Below are positions 1-9,241 of a stretch of 64,000 bases of DNA, in pieces. Origin of the DNA: an uncultured Gammaproteobacteria bacterium. GTDB lineage: Bacteria; Pseudomonadota; Gammaproteobacteria; DRLM01. Where the stretch lies: positions 96,001-160,000 of the forward strand of contig CAVSNY010000004.1 of the NCBI GenBank assembly GCA_963729605.1, read 5' to 3'. Positions within the stretch are counted from its first letter, which is position 1. Each line of letters begins with the position of its first letter. The position numbers and the translations under genes were made by a program. A model generated the notes under the pieces. It was not told the origin of the DNA, did not search any database, and saw only the letters and a program-made list of their open reading frames with translations.

Positions 1-1017
1 ATGTCGCCGGTCACCGCGCTGCAACGGCCGATCCGCTGGTTGCAGGCGATTTCCAAATACCGCGCCACCATCAGCGGCGGTCCCAATTTCGCCTACGAGT
101 TGTGCCTCAACAAGGTCACGCCCGAACAGCGCGAAGGCCTCGACCTCAGCAGCTGGCAAGTCGCCTTCAACGGCGCCGAACCGGTGCGCGCCGACACCCT
201 GCATCGTTTCAGCCAGTTCTTCGATTCCTGCGGTTTCCGGCGGCAGGCCTTTTATCCCTGCTACGGCTTGGCGGAGGCCAGCCTGTTCGTCACCGGCAGC
301 GCGCCCGATCAGGCACCGGTGATGGCGAGTTTCGACCGCCAATCGTTGGAACGAGGCGCGGCCCAGCCCGCGCTGGCGGGACACGCGGCGCAGGCCGGCC
401 GCCGGCTGGTGAGTTCAGGACGGCCGTCGGCCAGCGAACAGGTGCTGATCGTCGATCCGGCCAGCGTCGCGCAGGCCCAGCCGTGCGCGGTGGGTGAAAT
501 CTGGGTGGCGGGACCCAGCGTCGCCCGCGGTTATTGGAATCGCCCCGCCGAATCGGCGCACACCTTCGGCGCGCGGCTCGCCAACGGTGACGGCCCGTTC
601 ATGCGCACCGGCGATCTCGGCTTCATCCAAGACGGCGAACTGTTCGTCACCGGCCGCTTGAAGGAAGTGATCATCATCCGCGGCCACAATCATTATCCGC
701 AGGACATCGAACTCACCGCCGCCAACAGCCATCCACTGCTGCGCGCCGGCCGCGGCGCGGCCTTCGCCATCGAAAACGAGCAGGACGAACAGCTGGTGTT
801 GATCCACGAAGTGGAACGCCGCCACGAGACCGCGCAATTGCCGGCGGCCCTCGCCGCCGCGCGCGCCGCCATCTCCGCCGAACATCAATTGCAGGTGCGC
901 TCCATCGTATTGGTGAAGGCGGGCGTGGTGCCCATCACCTCCAGCGGCAAGGTGCAGCGCACCGCCTGTCGCAGTCTGTGGCAGGCCGGCGAATTGCCGG
1001 TGTTGATGGAGGCCTGA
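1..1017 (+). CDS. Fatty acyl-AMP ligase (FAAL), C-terminal part; 5' end lies outside the window
   Basis: Motifs GPNFAYELC, AFNGAEPV, PCYGLAEA, GEIWVAGPSVARGYW, RTGDLGF, NHYPQDIE and TSSGKVQR are typical of FAAL-type adenylation enzymes. Confidence 0.9.
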   Translation: MSPVTALQRPIRWLQAISKYRATISGGPNFAYELCLNKVTPEQREGLDLSSWQVAFNGAEPVRADTLHRFSQFFDSCGFRRQAFYPCYGLAEASLFVTGSAPDQAPVMASFDRQSLERGAAQPALAGHAAQAGRRLVSSGRPSASEQVLIVDPASVAQAQPCAVGEIWVAGPSVARGYWNRPAESAHTFGARLANGDGPFMRTGDLGFIQDGELFVTGRLKEVIIIRGHNHYPQDIELTAANSHPLLRAGRGAAFAIENEQDEQLVLIHEVERRHETAQLPAALAAARAAISAEHQLQVRSIVLVKAGVVPITSSGKVQRTACRSLWQAGELPVLMEA

Positions 1018-1020
1018 GTC

Positions 1021-2877
1021 ATGAAAATCGCCATTATTCAAAAGGACGATGCAATGGAAGCGCTTGAAGCATTGCCGCTGCAATACCGCGCCAGCGAGGA
1101 ACTGGAGGCCTTTCTCGGCGATCCCGCCAATCCGGCCAATGTCATGTCGTTTCACAATGTGATGGCCTGGGATGAACAAGAGGCCTTCCCGCAGGCGGCG
1201 GTGGATGAATTGTACCGCTTCGGCATGAATCACTATTACGTGCCGGCGGCTTACGGCGGACGTTTCACCTCGTATGAAGAATTTCAATCCCTGGCGCGGG
1301 TGGCGGCGCGGCGCGATCTCACCACCGCCATCACTTACAGCACCTTGATCTGGTCGACGCTGATTTGGGTGGGCGGCAGCGAACAACAAAAACATCGGCT
1401 GGCAAAATTGCTGCGCTGGACCAAGGACGCGCCGACCCTGGCCTATTCGGAAGAACAACACGGCGCCGACCTGGTCGCCAACGACATGAAGGCGGTGAAG
1501 ACCGAAGGCGGTTATCGCCTCAGCGGCGAGAAGTGGCCGATCAATCGCGCCACCCGCTCGGGCATCGTCGCGGTGCTGGCCAAGACCAGCAATGAACGGG
1601 ATACCCGCAGCCTCTCGCTGTTCATGCTGGAAAAGCGCGATCTCGATCCCGCCCAATATTCCAATCCGCCGCGGGTGAAGACCCTCGGCCTGCGCGGTTG
1701 CGACATCAGCGGCATTCGTTTTCATGATTGCCTGGTGCCGGAGAGCAGCCGGGTCGGCGCGGTGGGCGAGGGCTTGGAACTGGCGCTGCGCGCCTTTCAA
1801 GTGACGCGCACCCTGTGCGCCGGTTTGTCCCTGGCCGCGGCGGACACCGCGCTGCGGGTGACCGTGGATTTCGCCGTCAAACGCAAATTGTATGGCGGCA
1901 CGGTGTTCACCATCCCTATTGCGCGGCGGACCTTGAGCGACGCCTTCCTCGATATGCTGATCTGCGATTGCATGGCCACCGCCGCCGCGCGCGGTCTGCA
2001 TGTCTCCACCGAACAATTCAGCGTGTGGTCGGCGGTGGTGAAATATTTCGTGCCGGTCACCTTGGAGCGCGCCACCCAGCAATTGTCGGTGGTGTTGGGC
2101 GCCCGGCATTTCATCCGCGAACGCCACCACGCCGGCATCTTCCAAAAGATGCTGCGCGACGGCGGGGTGGTGAGCCTGTTCGACGGCAGCACCCAAGTCT
2201 GCTTGCACGCGCTGGGCCTGCAACTGCGCCATTTGGTGAAGACCCGCCGCCGCGAACAAGACGGCGACGACACGGCGCGCAATGCACGCTTGACCACGAT
2301 ATTTTCCCTCGACGAGACGCTGCCGGTGTTTGACGGTGGCAGGCTCGATCTATTCAGCCGCGGCCACGACGATGTGATGCAGGGTCTGCTCGCCGCCGTC
2401 ACCGCGATACGCGACTTGCATGACGCCGACGGCGTGGAACCCGCGCTGCTCGGTCATTTGCAGCATTTGGCCGGTCTCGCCGCCGAAGCCTTGCACGATT
2501 TCGACGGCGCGGTGGATGCGGCCGCGGCGGCCGGTCTGCATCCCCAGTCGCCGGAACTTTTCGATTTGGCCGCGCGTTACGCCACGCTCCACGCCGCCGC
2601 GGCCTGCATGTCGATGTGGCTGCACAACCGCGCGCGGCTCGATGCCTTCTTCGCGGACGGGGCCTGGCTGGTGCTGGCCCTCGAGCGCCTGCTGAGCCGG
2701 TTGCGCCCGCTCCATCTGCAATTGCCCGAGTCGTATCGTCAGCGTGTCGCGGACCGCCTGGCGGAATTGTTCAACGAAAATCGTCTTTTTTCCATCGTAC
2801 CACTCGCGTTGGCCAAGACCGAGGTCACGGCCGACTCAACGCAAAAGGAGGATAGTCATGAGCGCCAATGCAATTAG
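1021..2877 (+). CDS. Acyl-CoA/acyl-ACP dehydrogenase family protein
   Basis: Motifs YSEEQHGAD, LSGEKWPINRA, KTLGLRGCD and QKMLRD..SLFDGS fit the ACAD fold. It sits between the FAAL and ACP genes. An alternative start at 1054 also has an RBS. Confidence 0.88.
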   Translation: MKIAIIQKDDAMEALEALPLQYRASEELEAFLGDPANPANVMSFHNVMAWDEQEAFPQAAVDELYRFGMNHYYVPAAYGGRFTSYEEFQSLARVAARRDLTTAITYSTLIWSTLIWVGGSEQQKHRLAKLLRWTKDAPTLAYSEEQHGADLVANDMKAVKTEGGYRLSGEKWPINRATRSGIVAVLAKTSNERDTRSLSLFMLEKRDLDPAQYSNPPRVKTLGLRGCDISGIRFHDCLVPESSRVGAVGEGLELALRAFQVTRTLCAGLSLAAADTALRVTVDFAVKRKLYGGTVFTIPIARRTLSDAFLDMLICDCMATAAARGLHVSTEQFSVWSAVVKYFVPVTLERATQQLSVVLGARHFIRERHHAGIFQKMLRDGGVVSLFDGSTQVCLHALGLQLRHLVKTRRREQDGDDTARNARLTTIFSLDETLPVFDGGRLDLFSRGHDDVMQGLLAAVTAIRDLHDADGVEPALLGHLQHLAGLAAEALHDFDGAVDAAAAAGLHPQSPELFDLAARYATLHAAAACMSMWLHNRARLDAFFADGAWLVLALERLLSRLRPLHLQLPESYRQRVADRLAELFNENRLFSIVPLALAKTEVTADSTQKEDSHERQCN

Positions 2878-3283
2878 AAAGAGCCACGATCTCGAAACCG
2901 AAACCCTCGCGCAACAATTGGAACTTGCCTTGACCGGCATGTTGGCCAAGACCCTGCGCATCGCCGCCGCCGAGATCGACGTCGACCGGCCCTTGCCGCA
3001 CTACGGCTTGGATTCGATAGACGCGGTCACCCTCGCCGGCGACTTGGAGGACTGGTTGAACATCGAATTGCCTTCCACCTTGTTGTGGGACTACCCGACG
3101 GTGGCCGCCATCGCCGGGTTCTTGGAAGAACAGTTGGAAGCCATGCCCGAGGTGAAGGCCAAGCTGGCCGGTGTCGAGGGCGGAAAAAAGACGCAGCGTC
3201 TCGTCCATGAAGATGAGTTGGACGATTTGGACAGGCTCGATCCTGTTCAAATGGACGAGCTGCTGGGTCAACTGATTCCATAA
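2858..3283 (+). CDS. Acyl carrier protein
   Basis: YGLDSIDAV phosphopantetheine motif and LLWDYPTV. ATG at 2858 follows AAGGAGGA (the ORF track starts it earlier, at 2744). Confidence 0.9.
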   Translation: MSANAIRKSHDLETETLAQQLELALTGMLAKTLRIAAAEIDVDRPLPHYGLDSIDAVTLAGDLEDWLNIELPSTLLWDYPTVAAIAGFLEEQLEAMPEVKAKLAGVEGGKKTQRLVHEDELDDLDRLDPVQMDELLGQLIP

Positions 3284-3295
3284 AGAGGGGATGTC

Positions 3296-6200
3296 ATGAA
3301 AAGCGAGGCCGTACAAACTAGCTACGCCGCCAAGGCGCGGATCGCCGAAACGGCGCGGACCGTGAGCCTGCCGCTGGCGGATGTGCAGCGCGGCTTGTGG
3401 TTCGTGCAGCAGGTGGCTCCGGACAACGCCGCTTACAATCTGGTCTTCGCCGCGCGGGTGATTTCCGCCGTCGATGAGGCGGCGTTCACAACGGCGTTGC
3501 AAGCGCTGGTCGATCGCCACGCCGCCTTGCGGACCCGCTTCGTGGCGGATGGCGCCGGCGTGCCGCGGCAGGAAGTGTTGCCGGCGGTGGAGATGGACAG
3601 TGCGATCATCGCGGCGGCGGGCTGGGATGATGAAAAGCTGCGCGCACGCGCCGTCGCCGAGACTCAACGGCCCTTTGACCTCGCCCGCGCGCCGCTGCTG
3701 CGGGTGCGGCTGTTTCAGCGCGGCCCGCGGGATGCCTTGCTGGTGTGGACCGCCCATCACATCGCCGTGGATTTCTGGTCGCTGGCGGTGTTGTTGGACG
3801 AGTTCCGGCAAGTCTATCAAGGACTGTCCGCGGGCCGCGCGGTGAGTCTGCCGCCTTTGGTCAGTGATTATCCGCTTTATGTGCAACGCCAGGCGGAGAT
3901 GCTGGCGAGTGCGGCGGGGACGCGTTTGTGGGACTACTGGCGCGAATCCTTGAGCGGCGATTTGCCGGTGCTCAATCTCGCCGGCGATCATCCGCGCCCG
4001 CCCGTGCGGACCTATCGCGGCGCCTCGCTGGGTTTTCATCTCGACGCGGATTCGACCGCCGCGCTGCACGGCCTGGCCCGCGCCGAGGGCGTCACCTTGT
4101 ACGTGCTGCTGCTGGCGGCCTATTACGCCTTGCTGCATCGTTATACCGGGCAGGACGACATCCTGGTGGGTTCGCCGGTGGCGGGCCGCTTGCACAAGGA
4201 TTTTCGCCGTACCGTCGGTCATTTCGTGAACACGGTCGTCTTGCGCGGCGCGGTGGACGGCGACATGGCGTTTCGCGAATTGGTACGGCGGACCCGCGAT
4301 CACGTCGCGGACGCGCTGCGTCATCAGGAATACCCTTTTGCGTTGCTGGTGGAGAAGCGGGTGCCGGAACGCGACCTCAGCCGTCCGCCGTTATTTCAAG
4401 CCGCGTTTTCCTGGGAACGGCTGCCGCAGTTCCAGGAATTGGCCTCGTTTTTTTCCTTGTCGGATGAGCCGGCGGAGGCCGTGGAGTTCGGCGGCTTGAC
4501 GCTGCTGCCTTTCCCGCTGCCTCAGCAGGAAGGCCAAGTGGATCTGGCCTTGGAGATGGGCGGCGAATCCGCTGGCGAATTATTCGGCGTGTGGAAATAC
4601 GACAGCGCCTTGTTCGCGGCGGAGACCGTCGCCGCGCTGGCCGGCCAGTTCGCCGAGTTGTTGCGCGGCGTGGTGGCCGACCCGGTGCAAACGGCGGCGC
4701 GGCTGCCCTTGCTCAGCGGCGCGGAGCGCGAACGGGTATTGGTGGAATGGAATCGCAGCGAGCAGGTGTCGCCCGCCGCGCGCACCGTCCATGAATTGGT
4801 GGAAGAACAAGTGGCGCGCAGCCCGGACAAGACCGCGGTGATCGGCGGCGAGCAGACCTTCAGTTACCGGGTGTTGAACCAGCGCGCCAATCAGCTCGCC
4901 CATTATCTGATCGAGGGCGGCGCGGCCGCCGGCCAGCACATCGGTATTTGCAGCGCGCGCAGCGCCGACATGCTGGTGGCCATGCTGGCGGTGCTGAAGA
5001 CCGGCGCCACTTATGTGCCTCTCGACCCCGCCTTCCCCCGCGAACGTTTGAGCATGATGATGGAGGATGCGGCGATCGCGCTGGTGCTTACTCACGAGTC
5101 GGTGTGGGAAACGCTGGCGCTGCCGGCGGCGCACGCGCTGTTGCTCGATCGCGATTGGCCGGAGATCGCCACCTTCGCCGCGCACAATCCGCGCCGCATT
5201 GTCACGCCGCTGTCACCCGCCTATGTTATCTACACCTCCGGTTCCACCGGCAAACCGAAAGGCGTGGCGGTGCCGCACGGGGCGGTGGTGAATTTTCTCG
5301 CGAGCATGGCCCGCGAACCCGGCATGGGCGCGGAGGATGTGATGTTGGCGGTTACCACGCTGTCATTTGATATCGCGGTGTTGGAATTGCTGTTGCCGCT
5401 CACAGTGGGTGCCACGACGGTGATTGCCAGCCGCGAAGTCAGCAGCGATGCGCAACGCCTGGAAGAGATGATAGAGAGCAGCGGCGCTACTTTGATGCAA
5501 GCCACCCCCGCCACCTGGCGCATGCTGTTGTCCAACGGCTGGCGGGGATGCGCGAGGCTCACCGCGCTGTGCGGCGGCGAAGCCTTGTCCCGCCAATTGG
5601 CGGATGCCTTATTGCTACGGGTCGCGGCGCTGTGGAATATGTACGGCCCCACCGAGACCACGGTGTGGTCGACGCTGATGCGGATCGAACCCGGCGCGGA
5701 CGCCGTCGCCATCGGCCGGCCCATCGCCAACACCCAGATTTATGTCGTCGACGGGGCCATGCAACCGGTGCCGCCCGGCGTGCCGGGGGAGTTGTGCATC
5801 GGCGGCGCGGGCGTCGCGCTCGGTTATTTGAATCGTCCGGAATTGACCGCGGAGAAATTCATCGCCGATCCCTACGCGGGCGGCGCGGCGCGCCTCTACA
5901 AGACCGGTGACCTCGCCCGTTGGCGGCGTGACGGCACGCTCGAATGCCTCGGCCGTCTGGATCATCAAGTGAAGCTGCGCGGTTTTCGCATCGAGCTGGG
6001 CGAGATCGAAACTCAACTCTGTCGCCATCCTTCGGTGCGACAGGCGGTGGTGATGGTGCGCGAGGACCGTCCGGGTGATCAGCGCCTGGCCGCTTACGTG
6101 GTGGGCGTGAACGAGGATATCTCCGTTGCCGCGCTCAAGGCCCATCTGGCCGAAACCTTGCCCGGTTATATGTTGCCGAGTCACATCGTCGTGTTGACGG

Positions 6201-7366
6201 AATTTCCCCTCACGCCCAACGGCAAGGTCAACCGGCGCGCGCTGCCGGCGCCGGCGGACGGCATGCACGGCGCGGCCGGCGATGTCGTCGCGCCGCGCGA
6301 CCGCGACGAGATTCAACTTGCCAGCTTGTGGGAACAACTCTTGGGCATGCACCCTGTCGGCGTCAATCAAAACTTTTTCGATTTGGGCGGACACTCCTTG
6401 CTGGCGGTGCAATTGGTGGCGGGCATCCGCGAGCGTTTCGGCGTGGAGTTGCCGGTGTCGGTCTTGTTCCAGCACAACACGGTGGAGGCGCTGGCGCGCC
6501 TGCTGCGCGGACATAGCGGCGAGACGGCCGCTGTTACACCGCTGGTGCCGTTGCGCGGCAGCGGCGATTTGCCGCCGTTTTTCTTCATGCACCCCATCGG
6601 CGGCACGGTGTTTTGTTATCTGGCCTTGACCCGTCATCTCGATGCGCGCCGGCCGGTGTACGCCCTGCAATCCCCCGGCCTGGAAGACGCGAGCCTCGCC
6701 GAGGTGAGCGTGCCCGATCTGGCGCGCCGTTATCTGGAGATCATCCGCGCCCAGCAGCCGCAGGGGCCGTATCACGTGGGCGGTTGGTGCTTCGGCGGCT
6801 TGATCGCCTTCGAGGCGGCGCGGCAATTGGAAGCGGCCGGCGCAGAGGTCGCGGAGCTGGTGATGTTCGACACCCGCGCGCCGATCGCCGAGAACGCGCC
6901 CGCCGACGCCGACGACGCCACCTTGCTGTCGTGGTTCGCCCGCGACCTCGCCGTGCCTTACGGTAAGACCCTCGCCATCGCGCCGGAAGAATTGCGGGCG
7001 GTGGACGGCGAGGGGATGTTCGACTACGTGCTGCAACGCGCCCGCGAGATCGAGGTCCTGCCGCACGACGCCGACACCGCCCGTTTGTATCGTTATTTCG
7101 AGGTGTATCTCGCCAACGGCATCGCCCTGCAAACCTACGAGTCCGGCGATTACGCGGGCCCCATGCGCTTGCTGCGCGCCGCGGATGAGCCGGTGGATTA
7201 CGGTCCATTGTTGGGCTGGGACAAGGTGGTGTCGCGGCCTTTCACGCTCGCGGCGGTGCCGGGTGATCACAACTCCATGATGTACGAACCCCATGTGCAA
7301 GCCCTGGCGCGACACCTGAACGAAATGGGATCGCGGGTGGAGCCGCGCCAAGCCCTGGCGAGTTGA
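3296..7366 (+). CDS. Single-module NRPS (C-A-T-TE); A domain predicted to activate glycine
   Basis: C domain HHIAVDFWS. A domain YTSGSTGKPKG, FDIAVLEL, NMYGPTETTVW, YKTGDL. T domain GGHSLL. TE domain HPIGG, GWCFGG, GDHNSM. The specificity code read by eye is about DILQLGMVWK (Gly-type). Confidence 0.93.
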   Translation: MKSEAVQTSYAAKARIAETARTVSLPLADVQRGLWFVQQVAPDNAAYNLVFAARVISAVDEAAFTTALQALVDRHAALRTRFVADGAGVPRQEVLPAVEMDSAIIAAAGWDDEKLRARAVAETQRPFDLARAPLLRVRLFQRGPRDALLVWTAHHIAVDFWSLAVLLDEFRQVYQGLSAGRAVSLPPLVSDYPLYVQRQAEMLASAAGTRLWDYWRESLSGDLPVLNLAGDHPRPPVRTYRGASLGFHLDADSTAALHGLARAEGVTLYVLLLAAYYALLHRYTGQDDILVGSPVAGRLHKDFRRTVGHFVNTVVLRGAVDGDMAFRELVRRTRDHVADALRHQEYPFALLVEKRVPERDLSRPPLFQAAFSWERLPQFQELASFFSLSDEPAEAVEFGGLTLLPFPLPQQEGQVDLALEMGGESAGELFGVWKYDSALFAAETVAALAGQFAELLRGVVADPVQTAARLPLLSGAERERVLVEWNRSEQVSPAARTVHELVEEQVARSPDKTAVIGGEQTFSYRVLNQRANQLAHYLIEGGAAAGQHIGICSARSADMLVAMLAVLKTGATYVPLDPAFPRERLSMMMEDAAIALVLTHESVWETLALPAAHALLLDRDWPEIATFAAHNPRRIVTPLSPAYVIYTSGSTGKPKGVAVPHGAVVNFLASMAREPGMGAEDVMLAVTTLSFDIAVLELLLPLTVGATTVIASREVSSDAQRLEEMIESSGATLMQATPATWRMLLSNGWRGCARLTALCGGEALSRQLADALLLRVAALWNMYGPTETTVWSTLMRIEPGADAVAIGRPIANTQIYVVDGAMQPVPPGVPGELCIGGAGVALGYLNRPELTAEKFIADPYAGGAARLYKTGDLARWRRDGTLECLGRLDHQVKLRGFRIELGEIETQLCRHPSVRQAVVMVREDRPGDQRLAAYVVGVNEDISVAALKAHLAETLPGYMLPSHIVVLTEFPLTPNGKVNRRALPAPADGMHGAAGDVVAPRDRDEIQLASLWEQLLGMHPVGVNQNFFDLGGHSLLAVQLVAGIRERFGVELPVSVLFQHNTVEALARLLRGHSGETAAVTPLVPLRGSGDLPPFFFMHPIGGTVFCYLALTRHLDARRPVYALQSPGLEDASLAEVSVPDLARRYLEIIRAQQPQGPYHVGGWCFGGLIAFEAARQLEAAGAEVAELVMFDTRAPIAENAPADADDATLLSWFARDLAVPYGKTLAIAPEELRAVDGEGMFDYVLQRAREIEVLPHDADTARLYRYFEVYLANGIALQTYESGDYAGPMRLLRAADEPVDYGPLLGWDKVVSRPFTLAAVPGDHNSMMYEPHVQALARHLNEMGSRVEPRQALAS

Positions 7367-7428
7367 CCGGCGCGATTATCGAGTTCATTAATCATTTTAT
7401 TTATTCATTCATTGAAAGGAGCGCGATC

Positions 7429-7887
7429 ATGATCAAGGTGGAATACAGTTATCTCGTCAACAGCCCGGTGGATTTTGTCTTCTCGTACATCAGCAATCCG
7501 CTCAACGATCAATATTGGCAGGCGTCCTGCTTAAGGGTCGAGCTGGATGAACCCGGCGTGCCGCTGGGCGAGGGTTCGCAATATGCGATCCATTTCCAGT
7601 TTCTCGGCCGCGATATGCCCTTCACCTCGGTGGTCACCGACTATGAACCGTTTCAGCGTTACGGCTATGAAACCCTGAGCGGTCCCATGCATTTCAAAGG
7701 CAGTTATCGCTTCACCCCGCTGGGCCACAGCACCCAGATCGATTGGACCTTCGAATCGGAGCCCGGCGGTTTCTTCGGCATCATCCCGCGCAGCCTGCTG
7801 AAAAAGGTCTTGGCCAAACAGGTGGAAGGGGACATCGCGCGGTTGATCGGCATACTCGGCGCGCATCGTACGGTGAGTTATGCCTGA
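7429..7887 (+). CDS. SRPBCC / polyketide cyclase-dehydrase family protein
   Basis: N-terminal V..PVDFVFSYISNP.N..W pattern and about 150 aa length. ATG at 7429 follows GAAAGGAG. Confidence 0.75.
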   Translation: MIKVEYSYLVNSPVDFVFSYISNPLNDQYWQASCLRVELDEPGVPLGEGSQYAIHFQFLGRDMPFTSVVTDYEPFQRYGYETLSGPMHFKGSYRFTPLGHSTQIDWTFESEPGGFFGIIPRSLLKKVLAKQVEGDIARLIGILGAHRTVSYA

Positions 7888-8635
7888 GGCGGCGCCTACC
7901 GGGCCGGTGTTCGGCGCACGCCTGGTGTGCGCCGAAGGCGAGGTGCGGGTGTGGTATGGCGATCTGAATCGCGCCGCTGAATACCACGCGGAATTTTACG
8001 CGCTGCTCAGTGAGGATGAACGTCGGCGTGCGTCGCAATTCAATGAAGCACGGCAGCGCGGGTACTTTGTCGCCGGTCGCGGCCTGTTGCGCGAGATACT
8101 GGGCCGCTATGTGAACCTCGCCGGAGGCGACTTGCGATTTTGTTACGGGCCGCGCGGCAAGCCTCTTTTGTTGGATGATGACGGCGGATCGCCCGTGTAT
8201 TTCAATCTGGCCCATAGCGGCGGACATTGGGTGCTGGCGGTCACCGCGATAGGCGAGATCGGAGTCGATATCGAACGGCCGCGCGCCGACCTGGACTCGG
8301 AGAAAATGGCCCGTTATATCTGCACGCCCCGCGAACGGGCCGCTTGGCGGGGCTTGCCGGCCGCGCAGCGGCCGGGAAATTTATTGCGTTGCTGGACCCG
8401 CAAGGAAGCCTATTTAAAGGCCAGCGGACTCGGGTTGGCGCAACGTCTGAATGAGCTGGATGTGAGCGGCGAACGGCCGCGCGTTGCCGGCGATGAGACG
8501 CGCCGTCGCTGGAGTTTGCATGATTTTGAATTCGCCGGCGGCGGTGTGGGCGCACTCGCGGTCGCCGGTCCCGTCGAAGTTATTCATCATGAAGATTGGG
8601 GGAAGGAAGTTGCGCCGCGTGACGGGCTTGTTTAA
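7880..8635 (+). CDS. Sfp-type 4'-phosphopantetheinyl transferase
   Basis: Motifs GKP, FNLAHSG, IGVDIE and WTRKEAYLKA.G.GL. Confidence 0.93.
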   Translation: MPEAAPTGPVFGARLVCAEGEVRVWYGDLNRAAEYHAEFYALLSEDERRRASQFNEARQRGYFVAGRGLLREILGRYVNLAGGDLRFCYGPRGKPLLLDDDGGSPVYFNLAHSGGHWVLAVTAIGEIGVDIERPRADLDSEKMARYICTPRERAAWRGLPAAQRPGNLLRCWTRKEAYLKASGLGLAQRLNELDVSGERPRVAGDETRRRWSLHDFEFAGGGVGALAVAGPVEVIHHEDWGKEVAPRDGLV

Positions 8636-8673
8636 GGTGTCCGCTAGGCGCGGCAATTGGACAAGGAGAGGTC

Positions 8674-8943
8674 ATGGCGGTATGCAGGCGGTGTTATGTA
8701 TCAGGTCAGGTGCAAGGGGTGTTTTACCGCCGTTCGACGCAGGACAAGGCCCGCGAGCTGGGCGTGAGCGGCTATGCCCGTAATCTCTCCGACGGCCGTG
8801 TGGACGTGTTGGCGTGCGGTGAAAATGCCGCGGTGGACGCCTTGTGCGCCTGGTTGTGGCAAGGTCCGCCGCGGGCACAGGTGAGCGATGTCACCTGCAT
8901 GGACGTCGAAGTGGAAGCGCCGTCCTCTTTCATCGTCGATTAG
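8674..8943 (+). CDS. acyP: Acylphosphatase
   Basis: VSGQVQGVFYR and GYARNLSDGRV motifs, 89 aa, with an RBS (AAGGAGAGG). Confidence 0.93.
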   Translation: MAVCRRCYVSGQVQGVFYRRSTQDKARELGVSGYARNLSDGRVDVLACGENAAVDALCAWLWQGPPRAQVSDVTCMDVEVEAPSSFIVD

Positions 8944-8984
8944 AGGGAATACCGGACAAATAATCCGGCTGGCCGATGGCCATT

Positions 8985-9090
8985 TACGGCCTGTCTCAAA
9001 ATCGGCATTGAGAATCACCGCTCCGCATCCTTGTCCGTGAGCGCCGATTATCTTTCCGAGTAGTACGAAATGTGAACGACAGGCCTTTAA
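8985..9090. mobile_element. Degenerate MITE-like element / IS end relic
   Basis: The left end TACGGCCTGTCTCAAAAT matches the terminal repeat of the 48319-48461 element at 15/18. A partial inverted copy (GACAGGCCTTTA) lies at about 9078-9089. Confidence 0.35.
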
Positions 9091-9178
9091 TCGACTTGAA
9101 GGCACGTTCAATGTCGAGGGCTTGAATAACCCGTGCCGGTCCAGCCTCGGCCGTTGATATCGAAAATCTCAAGGTAGG

Positions 9179-9203
9179 ACTCCCTCTCCGCGAGAGAGGG
9201 AGT
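9179..9203. terminator. Hairpin (REP-like or terminator) between convergent acyP and proS
   Basis: ACTCCCTCTC-cgcga-GAGAGGGAGT is a perfect 10-bp stem. Confidence 0.5.
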
Positions 9204-9241
9204 AAACAGGAACGGCGTCGCGGAGGATTTAGCGCGGGCCG

